Shown: positions 48,075 through 61,600, counted from the first letter of the whole stretch. The stretch: 63,714 nucleotides of DNA, filler included, from Nemertoderma westbladi (GCA_032718475.1; 3 parts of 3 records of this genome joined end to end with filler, not necessarily neighbours in it), one strand, 5' to 3'. Notes: a model not told the origin generated them from the letters alone. Program-made: numbers and translations.

Positions 48075-49577
48075 TTAAGATTTATGAACAGAATTGATAT
48101 GGGTGTTTAGATTCCTTTGTCGACTGAATTCTTTATTACAATAACCGCACTTATGTTTGATATGTTTATGTATAGAGTCGAAATGCCTTTTTAGGTTGTG
48201 TTTGAAACGGAATTCTATATTACAATAAACGCACTTATATTTAATATCTTGATGTATAGAGTCGATATGTTGTTTTAGTTTATCTTTTTTAGCAAATGAT
48301 TTTCCACAATCGGAGCAGCTATACTTGATACCTTTGTGGGCAAATTTAATATGGGTGTTTAGATTCCCTTTCTGACTGAATTCTTTATTACAATAACCAC
48401 ACTTATGTTTGATATCTTTATGTATTGAGTCGACATGTTGTTTTAGTTCGGCTTTTGTAGCAAATGATCTTCCACAATCGGAGCAGCTATACTTGATGAT
48501 ACTTTTGTGGGCAAAGTTAATGTGGGTGTTTAGACTCATTTTATAGCTGAATTCTTTATGACAATAAACGCAGTTATGTTTGATATCTTTATGTATAGAG
48601 TCGAAATGCCGTTTTAGGTCGTGTTTGTAACGGAATTCTTTATTACAATAACCGCACTTATATTTAATATCTTGATGTATAGAGTCGACATGTTGTTTTA
48701 GTACGGCTTTTGTAGCAAATGATTTTCCACAATCGAAACAGTTGTACTTGATATCTTTATGAAAGTAGTTCACATGGGTGTTTATACTCCTTTGCTGGCT
48801 GAATTCTTTATTACAATAACCGCACTTATATTTAATATCTTGATGTATAGAGTCGATATGTTGTTTTAGTACGGCTTTTGTAGAAAATGATTTTCCACAA
48901 TCGAAACAGTTGTACTTGATATCTTTATGAAAGTAGTTCACATGGGTGTTTATACTCCTTTGCTGGCTGAATTCTTTATTACAATAAACGCACTTATGTT
49001 TGATACCTTTATGGGTAGCGTCAACATGCTTCTTTACATAATTTTTGCGTGTAAACAATTTCTCACAATAATCGCATTTATACTTATTCTTGACGTCTTT
49101 ATGAACGGATTCTATATGTCTCTCTAAATTCCCTTCGTCATTAAATAATTCATTGCAATGCAAACAGGAACTGGTGTCTGAAGAAGATACCAACTCCCCA
49201 ACAGTTTCATTAGAACTACCGGAATCTGTTGTTGCACAACTGATTGTTGGTTCTGTACCTTCAGTTCCAATGGGCCTACGATAAGAACAGCCTGGGCTGT
49301 CGTTTTCCCGTTTTTCAACAATAAAATAATCTCCAGATTGTTCATAAGAAATATCTTCGTCATCTAGTACAGGGACAACATCTACTGCACCGAACAAAGT
49401 GTTGTGATCTTCGATGGGAGATGATCCGTAAACGCACTTCCCTTGATTAACATCACGATAATAGGGGGTGGAGTCTGTTGGTTCTTTCTTTATAATTATA
49501 AAGTCTGTTGGTTCTTTCTTTATAACTATATCGGCGCCAGATGATTTATCTTTCAATAAAATAGTATGTTGATCCAT
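48075..49577 (-). CDS. C2H2 zinc-finger protein with 13 tandem fingers (intronless ORF)
   Basis: 13 C-x2-C-x12-H-x4-H fingers with KDIKYK/KGIKHK-type linkers; N-terminal duplicated IKKEPTD motifs; first ATG at 49577. Confidence 0.9.
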   Translation of the reverse strand: MDQHTILLKDKSSGADIVIKKEPTDFIIIKKEPTDSTPYYRDVNQGKCVYGSSPIEDHNTLFGAVDVVPVLDDEDISYEQSGDYFIVEKRENDSPGCSYRRPIGTEGTEPTISCATTDSGSSNETVGELVSSSDTSSCLHCNELFNDEGNLERHIESVHKDVKNKYKCDYCEKLFTRKNYVKKHVDATHKGIKHKCVYCNKEFSQQRSINTHVNYFHKDIKYNCFDCGKSFSTKAVLKQHIDSIHQDIKYKCGYCNKEFSQQRSINTHVNYFHKDIKYNCFDCGKSFATKAVLKQHVDSIHQDIKYKCGYCNKEFRYKHDLKRHFDSIHKDIKHNCVYCHKEFSYKMSLNTHINFAHKSIIKYSCSDCGRSFATKAELKQHVDSIHKDIKHKCGYCNKEFSQKGNLNTHIKFAHKGIKYSCSDCGKSFAKKDKLKQHIDSIHQDIKYKCVYCNIEFRFKHNLKRHFDSIHKHIKHKCGYCNKEFSRQRNLNTHINSVHKS

Positions 49578-50694
49578 TATCAAATCTTCAATAAATATTA
49601 ATCAATAAATTAAATACAGGTGGCAGTAGTTTTAGGTATGTCAAGCTTTTCACTAATATAAATTTCATGCGATGTAAATATAATAAATAAATTAGATCAG
49701 TATATAAGGGCGTTCAAAACTTCATGTCGCTGTAACCTGTAACGGAATGGAGCAGGTTATAGTGACAGTGACAAGCAAATGGAACCAAAAGAAAACTATC
49801 ACTACTACAGTACCTACAGTACCAGTACGATTCGAGAGTAAAGGTTTAGGTGATTTATTAAATATGTTATTGGCGATTCAATTAAAGAGACAGAGTGTGC
49901 TACGTACGGTCGCGGTTGTATGAAACTACGAAAGTTCCTATGTAGCAAACTTGGCCCGCGTTTGAACTTAAGTAATTAATTACCGGTACCTAATACTTAA
50001 CCAAAAACTCAAGTTCGCGTAGCTGATTATGAAACTGTAACCTGTAAAGCTAGTCGCTACAGACATTGTCAATACTGCTAACTTTGAAGGTCGTTTTCAC
50101 TTGGTTGCTATGGTATTTTCAAAAAACTAAATATGCCATTAACTTCATCATATCAAAAATAGTAATCTTCAATAAATTCTAACTAATCATATCTACAGAT
50201 ATACTATAAGAGCTGTTGCTATGGCAGTTTCCTCCGTTGCTATGTTTAAGACCCTCTAAAAAACCAGCTCAACCGTTTGGTGAAGTCTACCCAATTTGTT
50301 TATAATGTCCGATATCAGTACTAAACATCTATATGGTGTAGCTCAGTCGTATAAAAAACACTTACGGGGTCATAGGCTGGAACCTGTATTACATATAGAA
50401 ACACCTAGATTTATAAACATTGAGGCAGAAAACAATAGGCCTAGTTCGACAATTTTTTAACGACGAAAATACGAAATTAAACATCATGATTATTTGAATA
50501 TTTCCGTTGCTATGTTAACCCGAGCGGGTTTTATAAATTGCAGAATGATAACAATTCAACCAGTGTGTAGGAGTGTGGAACAATTCAACCAGTGTGGATA
50601 CACTGCGTTGTACCGGTACTAAACTAGACTTTAAATGATACCGACTGAACTCTGAAACTGCAAGCTTGACGATGAGTAGGTGTGGCATTCAAGG

Positions 50695-51640
50695 GGGTCC
50701 TACGAATTACCCAAAAAAACACAATATTACCCAAAAAAACACAAAAATACACAAAAAAACACAGGACTGAAGGAGCAGGTTACAGCCTGTATGGAATCCA
50801 TCCAAAAAGTGCGCCGGATAGCGCGCCGACCAATTTTTATGCGCGCCGCGCGCCGATGCCATTTCGAAGAAAAACCCTGCGCCGCCTAAATTTTTAAGCA
50901 CGCCGATGCAATTTCGAAGAAACCCCACGCCAACTAAATCTTTAAGCGCGCCACACATTGAAACAATTTTGAAGAGCGCCACGCCAATGCAAATTCAATT
51001 TTGAGGGAGTGTAACCAATCTGTCAATGTTAGTCAGTCAGTACTGCTGTACCAGTCTGCCAGTCCCTGCTGCCCTATACAACAGTTGCCTAACCATAACC
51101 ACTGAATCATACAACAGAAAAAGAAAGGCGAGCGAAGCGAGCCGAAATTTTTAAACAGCTAATGCAATTTTTAAGGCGCTTCCATAGCCTAATTGTTAAA
51201 CCTGTAAACTAACAAATCGGCGCCGGTTTTTATTTTTGGGAGCGCCACGTGCCAAAGCCGGCGCGCTTTACGATTTTCGAGCGCGCCACGCGCCAAAGTC
51301 GGCGCGCTTTACGATTTTCGAGCGCGCCACGCGCCACATTGGCGCGCTTTTATTGCAAAGTGCGCCGGATTAATCCGGCGCAAAGTGTATGGATTCCAGT
51401 CTGGGGTTACAGTAGCAGTTCTAACCAAAACAATAAACGATAACCAAAGAACAGAGGTTACAGTCTTATTTTTCCAACCCTATACATCTATAGGATATAA
51501 ATTATTTTTGTCTTTTTGGGTAAGTTGTTTGGGTAATATTGTGTTTTTTTGTGTTTTTTGTGGTGAATTTTTGTGTTTTTTTGTGTTTTTTTGTGCATTT
51601 TTGGGTAATTTTATGTTTTTTTGGGTAATTCGTAGGACCG
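50695..51640. mobile_element. MULE-like MITE with long A-rich TIRs; contains a nested GC-rich element (~50783-51403)
   Basis: TIR GGTCCTACGAATTACCCAAAAAAAC... and its inverse; 9-10 bp TSD (G)CATTCAAGG on both sides; nested segment rich in GCGCGCC motifs with CAG..CTG ends. Confidence 0.75.
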
Positions 51641-51898
51641 CATTCAAGGCGATAAATGCTCCGTTAGATGGAAACCACAATGAGACTAAACAACAAAACG
51701 AAGTTTGGACTTCGTCGTCTTCATTCTGAGTTTATTGGACATCAGTCTTCCATTCCGGGTTTATTTGGACTCGGCTACTTTGTTCTCGGGTTTACTTTTA
51801 CTCCATGTGCACCTGCCATATTAATGTTCAACCGAGCATTTTTTCGCCGCCACATTGTATTCATCGTGAAGCCTTCAGTTAGTCGGAATCGTTAATAT

Positions 51899-54800
51899 CA
51901 GTTAGGTACAATGGCCAAATCTGGCAATGATTGTGATTACCATATTTGGCAACCAAGCAAAGTCTGGCAACATTTCTGATTGCCTGATTTGGCAACTGCT
52001 GAACTGTATAAAGCCGTTGTTGCCATATTTGGCAACTTAACTAACTCATTGAATATGGCTTACATGGTTCTGCGTCATAAAGTCCTTCTATCTGTCTATG
52101 GTCTGATGATCATTCCTTAGATCCTGAAATGTTAGGCCTAGGCAGCTAGGGGTAGGGCGAGGTTATACTTATACTGGTAGTGGCATATTCCAATACAGCT
52201 TTAATACAGCAATAGGCTATATCCTAATAAATGAGGTGAGAATGACTAGTGACGGGCCTAGCGGCCCGATAAGGAACCGACTTTTTATTTTAAATAAAAG
52301 AGACAACGAAAATTAGTATAGAACTAATAAGTATGTAAAAATACAATCATATTTCATACAATAATTATTAATAAATTCGATCTATTATTAGTTGCTCAAT
52401 TCTATAACAAAATCGACCTGCAACTAGTGAAGACCTCGTTTTGGAATTTCGAAACCACGCTGGTGCGATGCGCGATATCGTGTTTAGTTAATAAATTGAA
52501 AACTCCATCAGTTCATGTGCAACCAGTAATAAGAAATCGCGATAAAGTAATTAAATAAAAATTATTCTAGAAAAATTTTCCTCAAAAAGTATGAAGTCTT
52601 GGCATTGGTGACGAGAAACTAGGCTAGTGAGATTCAGGATATTGCGTTTAATATAAAAATCGAAAACGCTATCGAATTCCGTAAAGGCATTAATAAAATA
52701 CTGCACCTTTTTTGAAATTTGTAAAATTCTACAACTAGAAAAAATTAATTTTTGAACGGCGCTGTTTGGGGTTTCGAAACATGGATAGACTGAAAGAGGA
52801 CATCGAATTAAGTTGAAAAATGAAAACCCCATCGAATTTGGCCAACGCGTTCTGGAGTTATAGCGGATAGAAAAAAATTGACCCCCCCCCCCAGTCGCCA
52901 AAAATTTACAGTAATTTAAAATTTTGAAAAAAAAATTTTTTGCGTTATTTTTGATGGCGAATCGATTGGCAGTACTGGCTACGAAAGAAATTTTTTTGAA
53001 ATTTTTGGTCAGAAAAAAAAACATGGAAAAAGTATATTTTTAAAAAGATTTGATGTCTTTGCCTATGGTCAGAGAATGATCCAACTCTGTAACTTGGCAA
53101 TCGCTCAAATCCATTCAGCTGAATGGCACAGTAGAGTAAACTAAAGTAAATTCCCTATACAATGTTCTGAAGGGGTGACTGACAGAGAGTAATCCAACAA
53201 TAAAACATTTTGCAATAATGTTGGCATTAATGTAGCCAACACACTGTGTACGTAACAGTCATTCAGCTTACATTAGCAGAGTGAGATATTCCCATAGATT
53301 GCATTGGGAAGAGTAATTCAGCTGAGGCGATATTAGATTTCAAACTAAACCAACCAGTTAATAATGTTTGCTTTGACAGAGAGTGGTGGCCTATACAAAC
53401 AGTATGGGTGTACTGAGTATAATAATCTTGGCAACCTCATCCATTTATTACTAAGCCTTCTGTAGAAATGCATTACATAAGCCATTTTTCATCACGACAC
53501 CAGCTGTTATTGGTGTTATTTTACCATTGCGCCTATGGCGTTTTTTCGTTTATGTCTATTTTTCGAGCCCACGGCTCATGGACGAAATAGCGGAACATAC
53601 CAGGGACCTTAGAATCGCGGTATCTAGCCGCTGTGAAAATTTCACCAAAATCGTTAGAGTAGTTTTGGCTGTAGATCAGTCAGTCAGTCAGCCAGCCAGC
53701 CAGTCAATCAATCAATCAATCAGCCAACTAGTGACGGGCCTAGCGGCCCGATAAGGAACCGACTTTTTATTTTATTAAATAAAAGAGACAACGAGAATTA
53801 GTATAGAACTAATAATTATGTAAAAATACAATCATATTTCATACAATAATTATTAATAAATTCGATCTATTATTAGTTGCTCAATTCTAGAACAAAATCG
53901 ACCTGAAACTAGTGAAGACCTCGTTTTGGAATTTCGAAACCACGCTGGTGCGATGCGCGATATCGTGTTTAGTTAATAAATTGATAACTCCATCAATTCA
54001 TGTGCAACCAGTAATAAGAAATCGCGATAAATGTAATTAAATAAAAATTATTCTAGAAAAATTTTCCTCAAAAAGTATGAAGTCTTGGCATTGGTGACGC
54101 GAAACTAGGCTAGTGAGATTCAGGATATTGCGTTTAATATAAAAATCGAAAACGCTATCAAATTCCGTAAAGGCGTTAATAAAATACTGCAACTTTTTTG
54201 AAATTTGTAAAATTCTAGAACTAGAAAAAAATGATTTTTGAACGGCGCTGTTTGGGGTTTCGAAACATGGATAGGCTGAAAGAGGACATCGAATTAAGTT
54301 GAAAAATGAAAACCCCATCGAATTTGGACAAAGCGTTCCGGATTTATAGCGGATCGAAAAAAATTGACCCCCCCCAGTCGCCAAAAATTTACAGTAATTA
54401 AAAATTTTGCAAAAAAAAAATTTTGCGTTATTTTTGATGGCGAATCGATTGGCAGTACTGGCTACGAAAATTTCTTTTTTTAATTTTTGGTCAGAAAAAA
54501 AAACATGGAAAAAGTATATTTTTAAAAAGATTTGATGTCTTTGCCTATGGTCAGAGAATGATCCAACTCTGTAACTTGGCAATCGTTCAAATCCATTCAT
54601 CTGAATGGCACAGTAGAGTAAACTAAAGTAAATTCCCTATACAATGTTCTGAAGGGGAGACTGACAGAGAGTAATCCAACAATAAAACATTTTGCAATAA
54701 TGTTGGCATTAATGTAGCCAACACACTGTTTACTTAAGTCATTCAGCTTACATTAGCAGAGTGAGATATTCCCATAAAATGCATTGGGAAGAGTAATTCA

Positions 54801-57656
54801 GCTGAGGCGATAATATATTTCAAACTAAACCAACCAGTTAATATTTGCTTTGACAGAGAGTGCAGGGCCTAAACAAACAGTATGGCTGTACTAAGTACAA
54901 TAATCTTGGCAACCTCATCGATTTATACTAAGCCTTGTGTAGAAATCCATTACATAAGCCATTTTTCATCACGACACCAGCTGTTATTGGTGTTATTTTA
55001 CCATTGCGCCTATGGCGTTTTTTTGTTTATGTCTATTTTTCGAGCCCACGGCTCATGGACGAAATAGCGGAACATACCAGGGACCTTAGAATCGCGGTAT
55101 CTAGCCGCTGTGAAAATTTCATCAAAATCGTTAGAGTAGTTTTGGCTGTAGGTCAGTCAGTCAATCAATCAATCAGTCAGCCAGCCACGATCAATTCTTA
55201 GAGTAATGAACCTCTCGGTTCCTAACAATTCTTACAGTAATGAAGTCACTCGTCATTACTAGTGACGGGCCTAGCGGCCCGATAAGGAACCGACTTTTTA
55301 TTTCAAATAAAAGAGACAACGAGAATTATTATAGAACTAATAATTATGTAAAAATACAATCATATTTCATACAATAATTATTAATAAATTCGATCTATTA
55401 TTAGTTACTCAATTCTAGAACAAATTCGACCTGCAACTAGTGAAGACCTCGTTTTGGAATTTCGAAACCACGCTGGTGCGATGCGCGATATCGTGTTTAG
55501 TTAATAAATTGAAAACTCCATCAATTCATGTGCAACCAGTAATAAGAAATCGCGATAATTGTAATTAAATAAAAATTATTCTAGAAAAATTTTCCTCAAA
55601 AAGTATGAAGTCTTGGCGTTGGTGACGCGAAACTAGGCTAGTGAGATTCAGGATATTGCGTTTAATATAAAAATCAAAAACGCTATCGAATTCCGTAAAG
55701 GCGTTAATAAAATACTGAAACTTTTTTGAAATTTGTAAAATTCTAGAATTGGAAAAAATTATTTTTTGAACGGCGCTGTTTGGGGTTTGGAAACATGGAT
55801 AGGCTGAAAGAGGACATCTAATTAAGTTGAAAAATGAAAACCCCATCGAATTTGGACAATGCGTTCCGGAGTTATAGCGGATCGAAAAAAATTGACCCCC
55901 CCCAGTCGCCAAAAATTTACAGTAATTTAAAATTTTGCAAAAAAAATTTTTTGCGTTATTTTTGATGGCGAATCGATTGGCAGTACTGGCTACGAAAAAT
56001 TTTTTTTTGAAATTTTTGGTCAGAAAAAAAAACATGGAAAAAGTATATTTTTAAAAAGATTTGATGTCTTTGCCTATGGTCAGAGAATAATACAACTCTG
56101 TAACTTGGCAATCGCTCAAATCCATTCAGCTGAATGGCACATTAGAGTAAACTAAAGTAAATTCCCTATACAATGTTCTGAAGGGGAGATTGACAGAGAG
56201 TAATCCAACAATAAAACATTTTGCAATAATGTTGGCATTAATGTAGCCAACACACTGTGTACTTAAGTCATTCAGCTTACATTAGCAGAGTGAGATATTC
56301 CTATAGAATGCATTGGGAAGAGAAATTCAGCTGAGGCGATAACAGATTTCAAACTAAACCAACCAGTTAATATTTGCTTTGACAGAGTGTCCTAAGGCTT
56401 AAACAAACAGTATGGGTGTACTAAGTACAATAATCTTGGCAACCTCATCGATTTATACTAAGCCTTGTGTAGAAATCCATTACATAAGCCATTTTTCATC
56501 ACGACACCAGCTGTTATTGGTGTTATTTTACCATTGCGCCTATGGCGTTTTTTCGTTTATGTCTATTTTTCGAGCCCACGGCTCATGGACGAAATAGCGG
56601 AACATACCAGGGACCTTAGAATCCGGTCAGCCAGCCGCTGTGAAAATTTCATCAAAATCGTTAGAGTAGTTTTGGCTGTAGATTAGTCAGTCAGTCAGTC
56701 AGTCAGTCAGCCAGCCAGCCAGCCAGCCAGTCTCGAGCAATTCTTACAGTAATGAACCTCTCGGTTCCTAACTACATACAGACATTTAATGAAAATCATT
56801 TCATCCCGTTTTTCATTAGGGCCTACTAGAAACAATTTGGTCGAATCTCTTAACACCCGTTTTGGTTTTCTCAGTCTTTCTAAATTTTGACACAAATTCT
56901 ATATTTCTTCTGTCACGCCGTTTCTCAAACTTTAATGCCCCCTTGCCTGCTTGCTGCCTTGTGGTGCGTGATGCTCACGTTGTCAATTATATTATTACGT
57001 TTAGTTCCATTTCAGCCTTTGAAGCATGTGATTCTTTGGTTTTGTTCATGCCTATACCAGTATACCATAATATGGTATATACAGATATATATATATATAT
57101 ATATGGAATATATAAGTATACCATATACAGATATACCAGTCTGCCAGTACGGTATCTGTTACAGACTCATCCATCTGTCCATTAACATATTAACAACATT
57201 GGCCTATCATATACAATACATTCTGACATTTCATCGACTAATGTTTATAAATCATCACAACTCGACAAGGCAGCAAGGGTAAGCAAGCAGTAAGCAATTT
57301 TGAAGTAATCTACAATGACAGAGTAACTGACAATAAATAATAAATAATAATGGTTGCCAAAAATGGCAACCATTATTTTTCTTTAATTCTAATGGTTACC
57401 AAAAATGGCAATGATTATTTTAGGCACATTTCGGACTATTGCTAAGAGAAATTCAGACGATGATTTTTTTTCTTATACGGTCAATTACTGAATTATATTT
57501 AAATTTCGCGCTCTTTTCACTTACCTATTTACCAAAATACGATTTGCTTCTGGGCGTGCGAAAATTAGAAAAACCAAAAGTTTCCAGATTTGGCAATAAA
57601 CATTTCCATATGTGGCAACTTTTGAGGTTGCGAGATTTGGCCATTGTACCTAACTG
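51899..57656. mobile_element. TIR element hosting the Helitron-like trimer
   Basis: TIR CAGTTAGGTACAATGGCCAAATCT at 51899, inverted and ending at 57656; TGGCAA subterminal repeats; flanks AATAT/AACAT form an imperfect 5-bp TSD. Confidence 0.7.
52245..56774. mobile_element. Three head-to-tail copies (~1.5 kb) of a Helitron/HINE(DINE-1)-like non-autonomous element
   Basis: Copies start at 52245, 53727 and 55258 with ACTAGT plus hairpin CGGGCCTAGCGGCCCG. Subterminal inverted repeat AGGAACCGA/TCGGTTCCT; (CAGT/CAGC)n microsatellite near the other end. Confidence 0.72.
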
Positions 57657-58301
57657 AACATGAGTAGTCTAGTCTAGTACAGTAGTACCGGTACACGCAG
57701 TGCATTCTATTGAAGTACTGGCTAAATTGTTATCAATTCTGAAATTTAAAACTCCTTAAGTTTAAAACTCCTGGCAACGAACGGTACGGCAACAGTAGTT
57801 AATTATGTCGTTTTCTTTTGAATTTTCGCTAAAAAAAATAGCAAAGTGTTTCGAGATGTTTCCGGCCTTTATCTGTTTATCAAACTCGGTGTTTATTTTA
57901 GCTGTAGATGTTTCCAGGTATTAGTACCGGTACGTTTGAACGACAATTCAGCCCTTAAGTATCTGATGTCAGTATGGCATATGGTTTGGCTAGTGTCGTT
58001 CAAACGTACTAATACCCTGTTCCCATGCATTTTCCAGGGTTTTCAGCTTTTTAGTACATACCAAGGACTACTCTACCATTGCAGCCATATACAGGTATAT
58101 GCAACAGTCTGACAGTGCTTACCATAATACAGTAATATGTGAGTGAAAATGGGGTGGGGTATATCTTTTGTGTAGAGGTATAGCCTATATAGAGGCTACC
58201 TGTACAGTAGGTAGGTGCAGCCTACATGTAGATGCACGTGTAGGGTGAATGTAAGGTAGGTCTGTAGGTGTAGTCCCGGTCCCATATATTAATGTATAGA
58301 T

Positions 58302-58401
58302 NNNNNNNNNNNNNNNNNNNNNNNNNNNNNNNNNNNNNNNNNNNNTTAATTAATTAANNNNNNNNNNNNNNNNNNNNNNNNNNNNNNNNNNNNNNNNNNN
58401 N
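58302..58401. other. Assembly gap with artificial six-frame-stop linker
   Basis: 44 N + TTAATTAATTAA + 44 N. Confidence 0.95.
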
Positions 58402-58669
58402 ATTTCCGTTCTGCTGGAACTATTTATCAGATATTGAACAAATTTACTTTACTAATTTTATTTATGGTAACGGACAATAACAAAACGTATTCTCATGTTT
58501 GTGTTTTTTATGGCCGAAACCAGGAATTGGTGTGGTACCACATTGGTGTGGTAGTTGTTTCGTTGTTACAATTTCGGAATAAAGCATTAATTCGTTTTCT
58601 ACTCTTTATCATTATTTGCAATACCTCATTACTTTCGTTCGTGTGACATACGACTCGTATCGTACAAAC

Positions 58670-61600
58670 CTTTAATAGTTCGAATGACTTCGGGGAACTT
58701 CAAAGCGTTCCACACGATCACGGAATTATCAACGGAACAGGAAGCTATGTAAGAATCGTCCCGGTTCCACGCTACATCGATGACGTCACCACTATGACCC
58801 CGGAGGTGCTGGATGCACTTCCAGTGTTCGCGGTTGATCTTACTGCCACCAGAACCGAAGACGTATGAGGGTCCCTGGCCCTTGGCCCACTGCCATATGG
58901 AAACCAGTTTGTCGTCGCCGCAACTGGCCAATGAGCGCCCGTCGTGCGACCAGCGGACGCAATTAACACACCCGTTGGACTCCATCTCGCACAGAACCTA
59001 ATAATGTAATTAATTACTCTGTGTTATTAGCTAGGAAAAGGTGTGGCTCGTTGAAACTGCTTTAGTTGGTGTTATCACCTTCAAAACTAGCATACAGCTG
59101 TACAGCGAATATAATATAGTTTTTAAGATATTTCAGAAAATGTAAGTCCGGCACTAAGTCAAAAGCGCATGGATGCGATATTGACAAATGCACTAAAAAT
59201 GATACAATTGTAATTATCATTATCTCAAGGTATCTATATCTAGAATTGACAGATAACTACATCTGCAATGATCAATTTAGGGGATGTAAATACTCAAAAA
59301 ATATGAGTTGAGTCATTAGTTCTCGAGTTATTGTACTAAATGTCTAGACAGGGACAACTCAATATAAGGTTATCAATCTGTCAATTGGTGGACCTAGCCT
59401 TGGCATTTTGTACAATAACTCAAGAACTAATCACTCTACTCATATTTTTAGAGTATCTCTACACCTACACCCCCTACTGCCCTACATCAGTACATTGATC
59501 ATTGCAGTTATCTGTCAATTTTAGATTCCTTGAGATAATTAGAAGTATCATTTATTCAGTTATTAGGATAGTCTGTTAGTGTATTTGTCAATATCCATCC
59601 TGATATCGCATCAAGGTGCTAATGCAGTAATGTTGACTTGTGCCGGTCACATTTTCTACAATATCTCAAAAACTATGCTCTACCGGTAAGCTTGTTTTGA
59701 AGGCTACACCAACTAAATCAGTCATTGCGGTTCTAATTCGCATAATATCAATGCAGTAGGAATACTAGAAGTTGATCATCATAAAAATGGGGAATATGAC
59801 TTACTTCTGTACTTGCGCTAAGGGCTGAAGCCCTGAAGGGCGGGAACTGGTCATGTGCCTGTCAACCTGTGGGGGTGTGCGGTCGCGGTGTGGGAATATT
59901 TCCTGTCAGCGCCAAATTAAAATTGTGGTGTACCGGTCAGCCGGTAGCAGGTAGCGTAGGCCGAAAACCAATTTGCATTAAGAAATTAGGCCCTACCGTT
60001 TTTGGAAGGTTTTTGCAGGTTTTTGAAGGTTTTCGCTAGGTTTTTGTAGTATTTCGCTAGGTTTTTGTAGTATTTCTGTATTTGTATATTGGTTGATTAG
60101 ATTGACCTGGTTGGTAAATGATTAGATAAATTATATGGGGCGACATTTGGTCAACTGGTCAAGCTGTCAAGACTATATTTTATAGATACACTATCAGACT
60201 ATGATACAAAATTGTTTGAAAGAATGAGTCCATCAGGTTTCATTGTCATATTACAGTATTAGTTACATTTATATAAACCTGTACAAAGTCTGAAAGTAGG
60301 CGTACAGCAGTACAGACTACAGTCTTAAATTCAGACAGTAGGTGCAACTATTTATTACACGATTAGTGTATTAGTTCAGTAGTCTATTACATACGGTGGC
60401 CCAGAACGGCCAAGCAACTTTTTAAATGTGAAAGTGTCCTTTTCAGTGCTAAAGTGTTCTTTTTAGTGTGAAAATGATCTTTTCAGTGTGAAAATGATCT
60501 TTTCAGTGTGAAAATGATCTTTTCATTGTGAAAGTGTAAATCTGAAAGTGCGAATGTGTAAATTTGAAAGTGCGAAAGTGTAAATTTGAAAGTGCGAAAG
60601 TGTAAATTTGAAAGTGCGAAAGTGTAAATTTGAAAGTGTGAAAGTGTAAATTTGTAAGTGAGAAAGTGTAAATTTGAGAGTGAGAAAGTGTAAATTTGAG
60701 AGTGAGATACATAGAGAGTACATACATAACAGTACAGTCTGACAGTACCGTTATGCTAAGGAACGTTTCTGCTTCCACAGCTCTGACAGACTGACTGCAC
60801 CACACAGTGCACCCAGGGCGCAGGACCAAAGGCAGCAGACTACATGATGATATGACAAAGCAAATACTGATACCTGTATACATACATACCAGCGCCAGCG
60901 GGGGATAGCTGGAGCAGCTTAGTCCAGTACTGCAGCAGTCGATTTACCGAACAGTACAGGGCATGGTCGATCACTAGTCCAGCAGTCTAAATTTAAAAAT
61001 CCCAAATCAACAATCAATCTCAAATTAACACTTTCTCGCTTTCAAATTTACACATTCACACTTTCAAATTTACACTTTCGCACTTTCAAATTTACACTTT
61101 TGCACTTTCAAATTTACACTTTCGCACTTTCAAATTTACACTTTCGCACTTTCAAATTTACACTTTCTCACTTTCAAATTTACACTTTTGCACTTTCAAT
61201 TTTACACTTTCGCACTTTCAAATTTACACTTTCGTACTTTCAAATTTACACTTTCCCACTTTCAAATTTACACTTTCACACTTTCAAATTTACACTTTCA
61301 AATTTACACTTTCAAATTTACACTTTCGCACTTTCAAATTTACACTTTCCCACTTTCAAATTTACACTTTCGCACTTTCAAATTTACACTTTCTGACTTT
61401 CGCACTTTCAAATTTACACTTTCGCACTTTCAAATTTACACTTTCACAATGAAAAGATTATTTTCACACTGAAAAGAACACTTTAGCACTGAAAAGTACA
61501 ATTTCACATTTAAAAAGTTTCTTGGCCGTTCTGGGCCACCGTAATTACAGTATTAGTATCATTAGAATCATCAATGCTGCAATGCATGCAGAATGCAGGC

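Noticed and set aside
52551-56035. Three paralogous ~157-187 aa minus-strand ORFs
   Set aside because: F/K/N-rich ORFs inside the repeated non-autonomous element, mostly without ATG starts and with no recognisable domain.
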